From Chrysemys picta bellii (Eukaryota), in assembly GCF_011386835.1 (NCBI RefSeq), contig NC_088791.1, positions 348,874,001 through 348,938,000 of the forward strand: DNA of 64,000 nucleotides. The letters run 5' to 3'. Shown here in pieces: positions 24,690 through 36,605 of this stretch. Made by a program: the position numbers and the translations under genes. The first letter of the stretch is position 1. Each line of letters starts with the position of its first letter. A model generated the notes under the pieces. That model was not told the DNA's origin, did no database searches, and saw only the letters and a program-made list of their open reading frames with translations.

Positions 24690-25400
24690 TGCAGGGGGCA
24701 TGGGCGGAGTTTGGAGGACTATGGGGGGCGCTGCCCCCCAAACTGGATATGTTGCTAGTGGGGGGCACAATTTAAAGGTTCAGCCCCCCCCGAACAGCGT
24801 GAGTCACAGCCCCCACCCTGGGCAGGTCCCTTCCAGCCGCAAGGCACCCGACACTGCCATGTACACCTGGGAAGGGGACAGTGATGAAAAGTCATGTATC
24901 AGGAGCTGGCCACCAGCCCCGCTGCTGGTGGGGTGGTGTCCGGAGTAGCCCAGCGTCTCCGGCAGGTGGCAGAGGACAAAGTGGAGCTGCCGGGGGTGGG
25001 CGAGGAGAAGGGGCTGACCCCGAGTGGAGGTGGCTGCCAGGTGGCTGGAGGGTTCATGGCTGTTCCTGCTCCGAGCCGCCGCACCCCATGATTCATGGCT
25101 GTTGGGCCCCCTGGAGTATCGGCCCTGCTGCCCCCCAGGGACTGCGGCTGGGCGGTGCCACTCTGTTCCCATCTGGACAATATTGTGATCCGGACCAACA
25201 TTGATAATAGCCGGGCCACGCACGAGTGTGTCCCTCTACCCAGCACTGGTGGCCTCCAAGCCCTTCCTTTGTTTCCGGGTGGGGGGTTGCCTGTGAGGTG
25301 CACCAGTTTACGAGGTGGTGCCTGCGGCAGGGCTGCCGGGTGATGGCAGGGTTTTTGCCGGGTGTCCGTTTTTTGACCAGAACGTCCGGTTGAAGAGGAA
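24690..25400. mobile_element. GC-rich non-autonomous DNA transposon composite (hAT-like)
   Basis: Repeats at ~34720-35420 and ~56520-57200; cagggttgcc / tgtccggttttgacc-type ends. Confidence 0.5.
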
Positions 25401-26589
25401 AACTGTCAGCTGACCAGACGCTAGAACTCCAGTTACCTGTGTAAGCAGGGTCTGAATGAATGCTCCCCTGACAGCTAGTTGGGAGGAGGAGAGACTTTGG
25501 GTGTGTTTATGTAAATACAGTTTGCTCCTGCTCTGCTTAGATATTGAGCAGATAGAGCGGTGTCAAAGTCGTACATTTTGGCTGGTGTTGGGTACAAATC
25601 ACTTTAGCTGAATGCAGCGGTAGTGAAATGCTGTTACCAAAATTATAGGAATACATGGAAGCAGGACGGTGCTTAACCTCTCCCAAAGGAGTGGGGGGTC
25701 ACCCTCACATGAAAGAACTTCATTAAGCCAGGGGATCGATTGCCAGAGCCCTATGACAGTACGGGTGAGGAAGAACAGCTATCCTATTCTGGGACTCTCC
25801 CTAGAATGCCTGAGAGTGGTTTGATCTGTTCCTCCCCACTGTTGAACAAAAGAGCTAAACAGGTTTTATGGGGAGTCTCTTTTGGTATTTTAGGTGCTCC
25901 TTCACTAAGAGCTGAAATCACTTGAAATGGGTCTGCTGTAGAAAAGAACCTTTGTGGTTGTGTGAAATGAGGAATAGTTTGCAATCAAATCATTAAAGAC
26001 TAACAAATTCATTCACAGGGAGCAGAATTCAGGTTCTGTTTTCATTGGCATTTCTTGAACTTGGAGTACTTCACATTCTCATAAGGTCTTTTTTTCCATG
26101 TTATTAAATAGCTCATTCATAAAGAGCCAAATTCTGCCCAGTTACACTGCTGTAAATCCAGAGTAGCTCTGCGTTAATCAGTGGGACCATTTTATATTTA
26201 CACCAGCGTGACTGAGAACAGGATTTGGCCCAAAGTTTCCCAGTGCATTTTAAAATGATGCATTAACAGGGCCCCTGATTAAATCCGTACTGCCCCAACT
26301 CACCTGGATCCGGCTGTATCTTCTTCACCCTCAGTGAATGCTACAGTCACACCCAGTCTGCGTGATTCTCCAGTCTGCCAGGACAACCCACGTGGGACTA
26401 TTTATACCTCTTAAAGAAATCCTCTTTACTCCCCCAGCTGGGAATTCAGAGCCTTTCTTCATCACAGAGGAAAATCTGCTATCAGACGTAGGGAATAGCC
26501 ACAAATAGTAACAGTAAATTAATCCATTCCTATATTATAGGCCCTTGGCTTGATAGCTACATCTCTATTCAATAGTATGGGATTGATCT

Positions 26590-26641
26590 TCAAGAGAGGA
26601 CGTGCAGGGTGTGTGTGTGTGTGTGTGTGTGCGTGCGTGTG
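26590..26641. repeat. (TG)n microsatellite
   Basis: Seen directly; equivalent to the site that carries the Penelope insert in unit 1. Confidence 0.9.
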
Positions 26642-29429
26642 CACGCCTAGTTTAAATGTGCAAATACCCCAAAAGGCATGTCTGCATGAGGGGACCTGAA
26701 CAACTGAGGGGGTGCATGTGCAGAAGTGTCTATGACATTTGAAGACTTGTCCCTGCATGTTCAGGGCTCTGTTTAGGTTCGAATCTGAAGTCATCAGTGC
26801 CCTGTCTGGTTAAGAGGGTGTTACCCAGGGGTTTCAGAACCCAAAACAGTGGTGACTTAACTGCTTCACTCCAGACGGTGTCCGGAATAAATCAGTGGGA
26901 ACACAGCGCTTCCGGCTGATGAAAGATTGATACAAGTAAGCGTGCTTTTATGAACGTTTTGAAAAGCCAAGGGAACTCCACCCCACTGAATTGTTTTTTG
27001 TTTTCACTGCTCCTCATCCGTTTTGAGGTCCAGCTAGAAAAGGAAGCGGAAGAGCTGAAATCTCACCAGAATGGCTGCCTTGCCATATTGGCAGGTGGAC
27101 TGTGGTCAGGAAGTGCCAGCATTGCGGTGAAACTGCCCCTTCTTAGGTTATGTCTACACCGCAAACCCGCCTCTCCCACGGAGCAAGTCTTAGAGTCTGG
27201 GTGAACTTACTCGGGCTCACGGTACAGGGCTAAAGACAGCAGTGTAGCCATTTCTCCTCGGGCTGGAACCTGGGCTCTGAAAGCTGGTGAACGGGGAAGG
27301 CCTGGAGCCCGGACTTCACCCTGAGCGGGAACATCTTCACTTCTCTTTTGTGTGCCGCAGCCTGAATCCCGCGAGCCGGAGTCAATTGACCTGGGCTCTG
27401 AGATGCTGCCATGGTTTGGGTTTTTTTTCAGTGTAGACCTAGTTATACTCAAGAGGATACACTCGTGCCGAATGTCTCCCCATTGGTCTGCGTTGTTCAC
27501 AGGGTTACTGAATGCCTCAGGGGAGTGTGGGGCTGAATGAAGTGAGATTTTGTCTCCTCAGCAAGTTTACCGCACCCGGGAACTGAAACACCGACACAGA
27601 TGGGAAACTCTGTAGGGCACCTTTTCCTTACACGTGTGTACAGCACCTGGCACAATGGGGCTCGGTTTCCAGGCTGAGGCCTCTCAGCACTATCCCAATG
27701 CAAACTAAAAATAATAACCTAAGGCGGCCGGCTGCGGAGTAAATATCTGTGAGGCTGTATTGCCTTTTCGCACTCCTAAGGCGTCTCCCAGTGAGTGGCG
27801 TTCAGTAGCTAGCTTGTATTCGTAGTGACTGCGGACTGTTAAATATTCAACCAGAAAGCAGGTGAAGTTGACTTGTCTGGCCAGGGTGACCCTCTTGCGT
27901 AGCCGGTGAAGGTACTCTGGGCACTAATGGACTCCCCGGGGTGGATACAGCCTCCTAAGGGAAGTAGTGGAGGGTTCATTGCTTGGGTTGTTTAAAACGA
28001 GACTGGGCCGAGCAGTGGGGAATGTACCGTAGTGATCAGTTCTGCAGTGGCTGAGGGATCTTGGTCTAGGAGGGACCGAAAATGGCTTTTCTATCTCTCA
28101 TTCCCACGACGCAGGAACAGTTTCTTTTCTCCCAAGTCTGAAGAGAAAGAGTTAACTCTGTCTGCCAGCGATGGGTGGGGAGGACAAAGTGGAAGCAGAG
28201 ATTCCCAGCTGAACTGCGAGACCCCCCTGCAGGGAGGAGGCGAGTTCTCTCACCGTGGCTATAAATCCACCAAATGCAGGCAGCTGTGGGTGAGCGTGTG
28301 GAGCTCACACAGCCCGTGAGGCAGAGCGAGGCCCTAGGAAAGGAAGGGAGTACTGCAGGATTCTGGTGAGTTCGCCCATGGAATCCGATTCATGTGGGCA
28401 AAGGAATTGTGCAGTTCTGTAGCCAGAGACGGGTCTGAAGCAGAACCTCAGATCCAAACACACCCACATTCTGGGCAAGTTCAACACCTGATCCAAATTC
28501 TGCTGCTGTATATTTGAATTTCCTGTTTCATCTGCGGATTCGTATTGTGCCCCACCTGATCACACTTGGGTGCCTAGCGCTAGGCAGCGATGGTCTATAT
28601 TTAGAATGAATGATCTGGTTTTCACCTAAACGAGTGATCTGGTTTTCAATGGGAGCTGATGGGTGTTCAGCACCTCCTAAGAATCAAGCTCTGTGCCCAA
28701 GCGTGGATGAAGGCCAATACTTTCAACACCCAAGACTGAGGATGTGGTGCTGAGTGGCTCTTTAGACGTTTCACAGGCAGATGACCTCTCTTGACTTCAG
28801 CATTGGTCCTAATTCCTTTCTGTTAAGGTGCCTGGATTCTGCAAGGGGTTGTGGAATGCAGTTTATGTGCAAGAGACTATGTGTATTACGTTTGAGTCTT
28901 GCTTTTAAAAGAAAACTGGCCTTCCTAGCTGAAGGCATAATTTGCACCTGGAAATAACTGTCCCCACAAATCAGGTGTGTAGCAGCCTCCGTGCCCACAT
29001 TCCTGCTGGCAGATCCTTGTGGGTGCAAACAAAGGTGGAAATCCCTAAGAACTAATGATGGGATGGAGCCAGGATCCATGTGTTAAAATTTGTCCACCAA
29101 ATGATTGGCAAGTTTGGGGGGATTTTGTACATTCTCTAGATACTGAAAATTATTGTCCTTCAGATAGCACTCAGAATGTGCAAGGCACTGTACACACACA
29201 CACACACATGCACACACAGATACTTTTCTTTATTAACATTAAGCTCTCTGTAACATACGGAGGGGGAGATAAAGGAATTCAAACCAAAATATGGACCATT
29301 TTTTTCCTGCCATGATATGCATCTGTTATGTTAAATAGATGCACATCAAATCTACCTGATGGTCCATTGTTCCTTGGCCGAGTGGGTCTTGAGGATGGCT
29401 ACGAAGCAGGAATGGGGAACGGGCCGGTT

Positions 29430-29900
29430 CAGGGGGGCGGTTCTATACTAGGGATGCAGCATGGGAGACGCAGATAGGTGGGTGCTCCATCCCTGGCAGA
29501 GTGGAGGGGAGAGGGGACAACACGAGAAGAGAACTGAGTGGATCAGTAAGGAAGTGGAGCTGTGAAGGGCGCTGAGGATGAGGACAAGGAGCCTGTGGAG
29601 GGATTTCGGTCTTTGGGTGTGCGAGAAGGGGCATGTGGACAAGAGTGGAGGAGGTTGCCGGAACCAAGGCTGGAGATGATGAGGGGCTGGAGATGGAGGA
29701 GAGTTTTTGTTTTGTAGATAGAAGGGTCGGATCTTAGGAACATGATGGAGAGTGACGTGACAGGACATGGATACGCCCTGCACATGCAGGTCAGAGGGGT
29801 CAAAGATGTCTACCAGGTTGTAGCCCTGAGTGACTGCGAGGCTGGGGGTGTTGTCAGCAGTGCTAAAGATCGGGCAGAGGAGAGGGCTTGGTAACAAAGG
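29430..29900 (-). mobile_element. L2 LINE fragment (unit 3 copy)
   Basis: Paralogue of 6800-7270. Confidence 0.65.
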
Positions 29901-31026
29901 CAATGAGTTCACCCCCCCTCCCCTCCCTATTCCCCAGCATAAGAGAGGGTAGGCTGGGGTCAGGGGGCTTCCCTTGGAATTCAGTCCCTATTCAACCTTG
30001 GTCAGGAATACCCTAACCATGCTGCAAAGCCCATATCTACCGTCCTAACTTCTCACCTGGCCAAGTATAGGACTCATGGGGTGGTCGCTCTCTGAGGGAG
30101 GGAAGGGCTTTGCTAATTTCTAGACTATCTGGTTTCGGCTGATTTGCTTGATATGTTTTTGGGCTGGGGCCAATCTGGGTTAATCTCACACAAGTGCCTA
30201 ATGCTCCAAAATAGCAAAATAAATCATTTGAAATCTGAAAGCTGCAGATGAAAATGGAGTATGAAGTTCATCGTGTCTCCCCCAAGCACTCAGGTACCAT
30301 GGTGACAGCACTGAAAGAAACGCTCATGATAACATAAAAGGTAATGCAAAGGCATGTAGGGAAAATTGGAAAGGGTTGGTGTCACAGATCTGATGTGTAG
30401 AGCCAACTCCAGACGTGACAGAAGTGGACACAGTGCCTGTTGAAATAATAGAGTGGTCGATTTTTAAGGCAAGGAGGGTCCATTATGGCCATCTAGCCTG
30501 ACCTCCTACATATCACAGGCCAAAGAACCCACCCGATGATTCCTGCATGCAGCCCAGTAACTTGCGGTTGAGTTAGAACATCTCTCTGGGAACATCCAAT
30601 CTCTATTGAGAGACCCTAAGCCATGGAGAACTTACTACAGCTACTGATGGTTCTCTTGAACTGGTTAATTCCAGCTTAGTTCCAGTTGCATGGTTGCATC
30701 TTATTCACAGTTTGCACTATGAAGGCTTCAACTTCCAGTCACTAGAACTTGTTCTGCCTTTGCCTGCCAGATTAAAGAGCCCTCCGGTAGCTGATATCTT
30801 ATCACTTTGTACTTACACCCCTGGATCCAGGCTTTCCTTAATTTGAGCTCATCAATATTTACCACCCAACCAATGTTTCTATCAGCTCCAGACCTTGTCA
30901 TCCATTCCCAAAGGAATTGCACCCCGTGAGCCAGATTGGAGTGCGGCATCTCACGTGTGTAGTGTCTGTTCACCCATCTCATACGTTTTATTGACAGGAC
31001 AGACGTTGATGTGAAACTTTCGGAGG

Positions 31027-31989
31027 ATGCTCCTGCAGGGCAACCTGTCAGCTCCCAACAGCACAGGCTCTGATCCATCCGTGTTCTTCCTGACGGGAAT
31101 CCCAGGGCTGGAAGCTTTGCACCCCTGGATCTCCATCCTCTTCTGCTCGATGTTCACCGTGGCCCTTCTAGGAAACTGCACCCTCTTGTATGTTATCAAG
31201 ACAGAGCCCTCCCTGCACAAGCCCATGTTCTATTTCCTCGCCATGCTGGCCGTCATCGACCTGGTTTTATCCACCACCACCGTGCCGAAAATACTGAGCA
31301 TCTTCTGGTTTAATTCCAGGGAGATCAGCTTTAACGCCTGCCTGGTGCAGATGTTTTTCCTTCACTCGTTCTCCACTCTGGAGTCTACTCTGCTGCTGGC
31401 CATGGCCTTCGACAGGTACGTGGCCATCTGCAACCCCCTGCGGTATGACACCATCCTGACCAATTCAGTGATAGCAAAGATCGGGCTGGCGGCTTTGGCC
31501 CGGGCTCTTCTCCTAGTGCTCCCTCTGCCCTTCGTCCTCAGGAGGCTGCCCTACTGCGGGTCACACATCATCTCCCATTGCTACTGTGAGCACATGGCCG
31601 TGGTCAATCTGGCCTGTGCTGACACCAGGTTCAATAACATCTATGGGATCATTGTTGCTCTCTTCATTGTGGGGCTGGATCTGATGTTCATCTCCCTATC
31701 GTATGTCAAGATCCTAAGGGCTGTCTTAAGCCTGGCATCCAAGGAAGAGCAGCTCAAGGCTTTCAGCACCTGTGGCTCCCACCTTTGTGCTATCTTAGTA
31801 TTCTACATCCCCGTGGTCCTCTCCTCAACAATACACAGGTTTGGGCGCCATGTCACCCCATACGTACACATCCTGCTGGCCAATTTCTACCTCCTTTTTC
31901 CTCCCATGATGAACCCCATCGTGTACGGTGTGAAAACCAAACAGATTCATGACCGGGTGCGTCTCCTGTTCCAAGGGAAAAGCTTCTAG
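31027..31989 (+). CDS. OR52-like: Class I olfactory receptor, OR52 family-like (OR3), 320 aa, intact
   Basis: All OR motifs present; PLRYDT variant in ICL2. Confidence 0.96.
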   Translation: MLLQGNLSAPNSTGSDPSVFFLTGIPGLEALHPWISILFCSMFTVALLGNCTLLYVIKTEPSLHKPMFYFLAMLAVIDLVLSTTTVPKILSIFWFNSREISFNACLVQMFFLHSFSTLESTLLLAMAFDRYVAICNPLRYDTILTNSVIAKIGLAALARALLLVLPLPFVLRRLPYCGSHIISHCYCEHMAVVNLACADTRFNNIYGIIVALFIVGLDLMFISLSYVKILRAVLSLASKEEQLKAFSTCGSHLCAILVFYIPVVLSSTIHRFGRHVTPYVHILLANFYLLFPPMMNPIVYGVKTKQIHDRVRLLFQGKSF

Positions 31990-32607
31990 GCTGACCAGGA
32001 GGGGGCTGCTGAGTGATCAGGAAGCAGAGGATGCAGGAGAGGTTTTCTGAGTAACCGAGACAGCATGTTAGTGGGGGCTTTGTGTACGCTGGGTTGGGAA
32101 CTGTATCTGCCCCTGACGTTCTGTCCGCTCTGAGATGCAGCAACACAGCAAGGGCCATTTAGGCACCAGAATAAGTGCTGAGTGCTGGGCTCTTCTGTCC
32201 CAAACGGGCCACCATTGCTGGGTGCCAACTTTTTTTGTGTGTGTGTAAATCTGGCCTTAGTTGTGGTTTCTGAACATTTCAGAGTCTATCCCCAGTGGTT
32301 TAACCCTACCACACAGCAGCACAATGCACCAGGTCAAGAGAGGGGGGCGAGGAAAGGTGTCAAAGAGCACTTCGAAACTCCCCAAATCCTTACCAGAGTG
32401 ATCTGAGGCACAAAGTATTCACAGTTCACTTTCTGATACTGACTATAAATATGAAACAGAGTATTGTGTGTGTGTGTGTGAATAAAATACTTGGGAAAAG
32501 TATTGCTATCACCTTGCTCTACTTTGCTATCGCCTTTGTTCCTGTTGCCTAATATATGCTGGATATCATATAGATATATATCACATTCGTAATCTGTATT
32601 TTCTGCA

Positions 32608-32610
<3 letters not shown>

Positions 32611-32667
<57 letters not shown>
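32611..32667. repeat. (TA)n microsatellite
   Basis: Seen directly in the sequence. Confidence 0.95.
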
Positions 32668-32902
32668 TAGTAGTACGCATTAAGTATCAATAGCATTAAC
32701 CACAAATATTGTAGCAAAAGAACTAGATAAGTTTAAAAAAAATAGATATGTTCATGGAGGACAGGTCCATCAGTGGCTATTAGCCAGGATGGGCAGGAAT
32801 GGTGTCCCTAGCCTCTGTTTGCCAGAAGCTGGGAATGGGTGACAGGGGATGAATCACTTAGAATCATAGAATAATAGGGGTTGGAAGAGACCTCAGGAGG
32901 TC

Positions 32903-34003
32903 TGTGACATTATTGACACCAACTGTGACAGTATAGACCATTGTTGCAACCAAGATCCTGTAGTCACACCAAATCTTGTACAAAGGAGGTCAAGTAAGGT
33001 GTCTATGAGGAGGTTATGATTTGCTGGTTATGTTTATGCTATCTGTATGCATGTATCATTTTTGTATTTAAAGTTATAAGTATTGGCTCTATACTGTCTG
33101 TAATTCAAACTTGTGCTATGCTTCTGGGTGACACCCCAGGCAATGGGCAATGTGGCGTCAGCAATGCCTAGCCTGCTGGATGGCCCATTAAGGACCATCA
33201 GCTATACAACTGACCCATTGAGAGAAGGCAGATACACCTTGTGACTGAGCAAGGTGTGCAGGGACATGCCTATGGACAGAACGCTAAGGGTTTTTCATGC
33301 CATGTGCTGGACAGCTTGTCCTTGGGACAAAGAAAGCAGAGGCCACATGGCAAGAAACTATATAAGGCTGATGCCTCATCTCCATCTTGTCTTCAATCCT
33401 GCTTCTTACTTCTGGAGGAACCTTGCTACAAACTGAAGCACTGAACAAAGGACTGAATGACCCATCCCAGCGGGGGATGTATTCCAGAGACTTGATTTAA
33501 ACCTGCAGTTTATTCAATCACTGCTACAAGCCTGAACCAAGAACTTTGCCATTACTGTATGTAATTGATTCCATTTAACCAATTCTAGCTCTCATCTATA
33601 TCTTTTTCCTTTCATGAATAAACATTTAGCTTTTAGATTCTAAATGATTGGCAACAGCGTGATTTGTGGGTAATATCTAACTTGTATATTGATCTGGGTG
33701 TAGGGCTTGGTCCTTTGGGATTGGGAGAAATTTTTTCTTTTACTGGGGTGTTGGTTTTCATAACCATTCGTCCTCATAACGAGGGCACTGGTGGTGATAC
33801 TGGGAAACTGGAGTGTCTCAGGGAATTGCTTGTCAGACTTATGGTTAGCCAGTGGGATGAGACCGAAGTCCTCTCTGCTTGGCTGCTTTGGTGTGCCTGA
33901 GAGGTGGAGAACCACCAGCCTGGGGCTGTGACAGCCCTGCTCTAAGCAATTTGTCCTGAATTGGTACTCTCAGTTGTGTCCCACCAGAGGCAGCATCATT
34001 ACA
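32903..34003 (+). mobile_element. Solo LTR with 5-bp TSD
   Basis: TGT...ACA termini; AGGTC on both sides (32898-32902 and 34004-34008); inserted in a reverse CR1 fragment. Confidence 0.88.
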
Positions 34004-35951
34004 AGGTCATCTAGTCCAATCCCCTGCTCAAAGCAGGACTTGATGAACCTGTTCTGTTCATTCCCTCTGGGGCACCTGGCATTGGCTGCTGTTGGAAGAC
34101 AGGACACTGGGATAGATGGACCTTTGTTCTGACTCAGCATGGCTGTTCTTATGTTCTTAACAGTGATATAGTGGAAACTGGCCTGTACCATAATCCTGTT
34201 CATTCACTTATGCTTAATATCCCATAATACCTTGCATTAACTTAACTAAGCATTTGGCACAAGTAGATAGGAAACTTGTCAAAATGTGTCACTTGTAAAA
34301 TCATATAAAGAATAGCAGCTGAAATTTGTAACGGGGGGAGCGCCCCGTCTGCGTAAGGTGAATGCAGTATCGCTGCGTGGGACGGCTCTGTGGAGACTGG
34401 TATCAGATCGAACCTTGTTCCTGTGCCATATTAATCAACTGACATTGGTTAATTGGGATCTTGAGTATATTTCATAACAAAATAAGGAACCAAAGTGTGG
34501 TCAAACGATACAATTTATCAACAATTCCAGGTAGTTAGAATCACCACCCATAGATATCGCTGCAGAGATCCTATGGCCCATTTTCCCTGGAAAACTTCTG
34601 ATTTCTGACACCCTGTGGAGTAGCATAAAGAGAAATGGTCCCTCGGCCTCCAGCACATAGCTCTGCTGTGGCTCCCCTCCCCTGCCTGAGGCCCTTTCCC
34701 CATAGTGCCAGCGGGCATGGGCAGAGTTTGGAGGACTATGGGGGGTGCTGCCCCCCAAACTGGATATGTTGCTAGTGGGGGGCACAATTTAGAGGTTCAG
34801 CTGCCCCCCTGAACAGCGTGAGTCACAGCCCCTACCCCGGGCAGGCCCCTCCTAGCCACAAGGCACCCGGCACTGCCATGTACACCTGGGAAAGGGACAG
34901 CGATGAGGAGTCCTGTGCCAGGAGCCGGCCCCAGACTCCCTGCTGGTGGGGCGGTGTCCGGTGACGGTCCCCGCCCAGGGCCAGAGGAGCCCAGCGTCTC
35001 CGGCAGGTGGCAGAGGGCAAAGCAGAGCTGCCGGGGGTGGGCGAGGAGAAGGGGCCGGCCCCAAGAGGAGGTGGTTGCCAGGTGGCAGGAGGGTTCATGG
35101 CTGTTCCTGCTCCGAGCCGCCGCACCCCATGATTCATGGCTGTTGGACCCCCTGGAGTATCGGCCCTGCTGCCCCCCAGGGGCTGGGGCTGGGCGGTGAC
35201 ACTCTGTTTCCAGCTGGACAATGCCGTGATCTGGACCAAACATAGGTAATAGCCAGGCCTGGCACAAGTGTGTCCCTCTGCCCAGCACTGGTGGCCCCTG
35301 CATCGTTCCCGGGTGGGGGGTGCCTGTGAGGGGCACCAGGTTACTGCGGGGTGCCTGCGGCAGGGCTGCCAGGTGATGACAGGGTTGCCTGGTGTCCAGT
35401 TTTTGACCAGAATGTCCAGTCAAGAAGGGCAACTGTCCCCTGACCAGACACTAGAATTCCTGTGGAAGCAGGGTCTGACAGCTAGCTGGGAGGGGGAGAG
35501 ACTTTGGGTGTGTTTATGTAAATACAGTTTGCTCCTGCTCTGCTTAGATATTAAGCGGATAGAGCGGTGTCAAAGTTGTACATTTTGGCTGGTGTTGGGT
35601 GCAAATCACTTTAGTGCTGAATGCAGGGGCAGTGAAATGCTGTTACCAAAATGTTGTAATTAGTATAGGAATACAGGGAAGCAGGACTGTGCTCAACCTG
35701 TCCCAAAAGAGTGTGGGGTCACCGTCAGCTGAAAGGACCTCGTTAAGCCAGAGCTCCGGCTGCCAGAGCCCTGTGAAAGTAAGAGGCGTAGGGACAGATA
35801 TCCCAGAGAAGAGGTGTGGACTCTCCCGAGGAGTCCCAAGTCTGGTTTGACCTGTTCCTCCCCACTGTTCAAAGAAAGAGCTAAGTAGGCTTCATTGGGA
35901 TCTTCTTTTGTTATTTTAAATGCTCCATCACTGAGCGCTGAAATCACTTGA

Positions 35952-36603
35952 GATGGGGCAGTGTCTCCGCCCAGCCTGCAAAGAGCTGAAAATTAATAAG
36001 AGACTGATGTGCAGAGATTGGGGCGGGGGTAGCAGAAGATGACAGACAGTCAGCGGGTGAATGAGTGGCTGGTGAGCAGCCAGCAGGGTGGCTAGCGGAG
36101 AGGCGCAGCGAGCGGGCAGCGGTTCGGCTGGTGGAGAGGGGCGATGGACGAGTGCCTGAGCACCGGAGTGAGTAAGGTGCCTCCTTGAACTCTGCAGACG
36201 CACCTTTGAACTCTGGGTCTGCCCTGACCAAGGGCAGCAGCTGTGAGTGGGGCGCAGAGAAGGGATGGGCACGCTAAAGGGACTTTTGGGCTGCTGGACT
36301 TAAGAACCTGAGGGGAAAAGGCCACTGCCCAACTTACTTGGGGGTGGATCTGTTCCTCAGGATTTATGTTTATGAACCCTGTTTGTGACGTTTTCCCAAA
36401 TTAATCCTTTTATTAAAAGTTTCTATCTTACACTCAGACTCTGTGCTTGCAAGAGGGGAAGTTTTGCCTCTCAGAGGTGCCCGGGGGTGTTGTGTAATTT
36501 CCCCAGGTTACTGGGTGGTTCTCTGTTGTATTGATGGAAAGGAACCCCCAGATACTGAACCGGGCCCTGGTTGCGGCTGGCTTTGCCTGGCAGAAGGGTT
36601 ACA
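35952..36603 (+). mobile_element. Partial LTR
   Basis: Ends cagaagggttACA; LTR-like interior; absent from the paralogous region near 57.2 kb. Confidence 0.5.
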
Positions 36604-36605
36604 CC

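Larger units (their letters stand above)
15707..25935 (+). repeat. Tandem segmental duplication unit 2 (carries OR2)
   Basis: Colinear with 1-10250 and with unit 3. Confidence 0.9.
25936..35950 (+). repeat. Tandem segmental duplication unit 3 (carries OR3)
   Basis: 25938 aligns with ~210; 25400-25935 is repeated at 35400-35950; OR2-OR3 spacing is 10098 bp. Confidence 0.9.
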
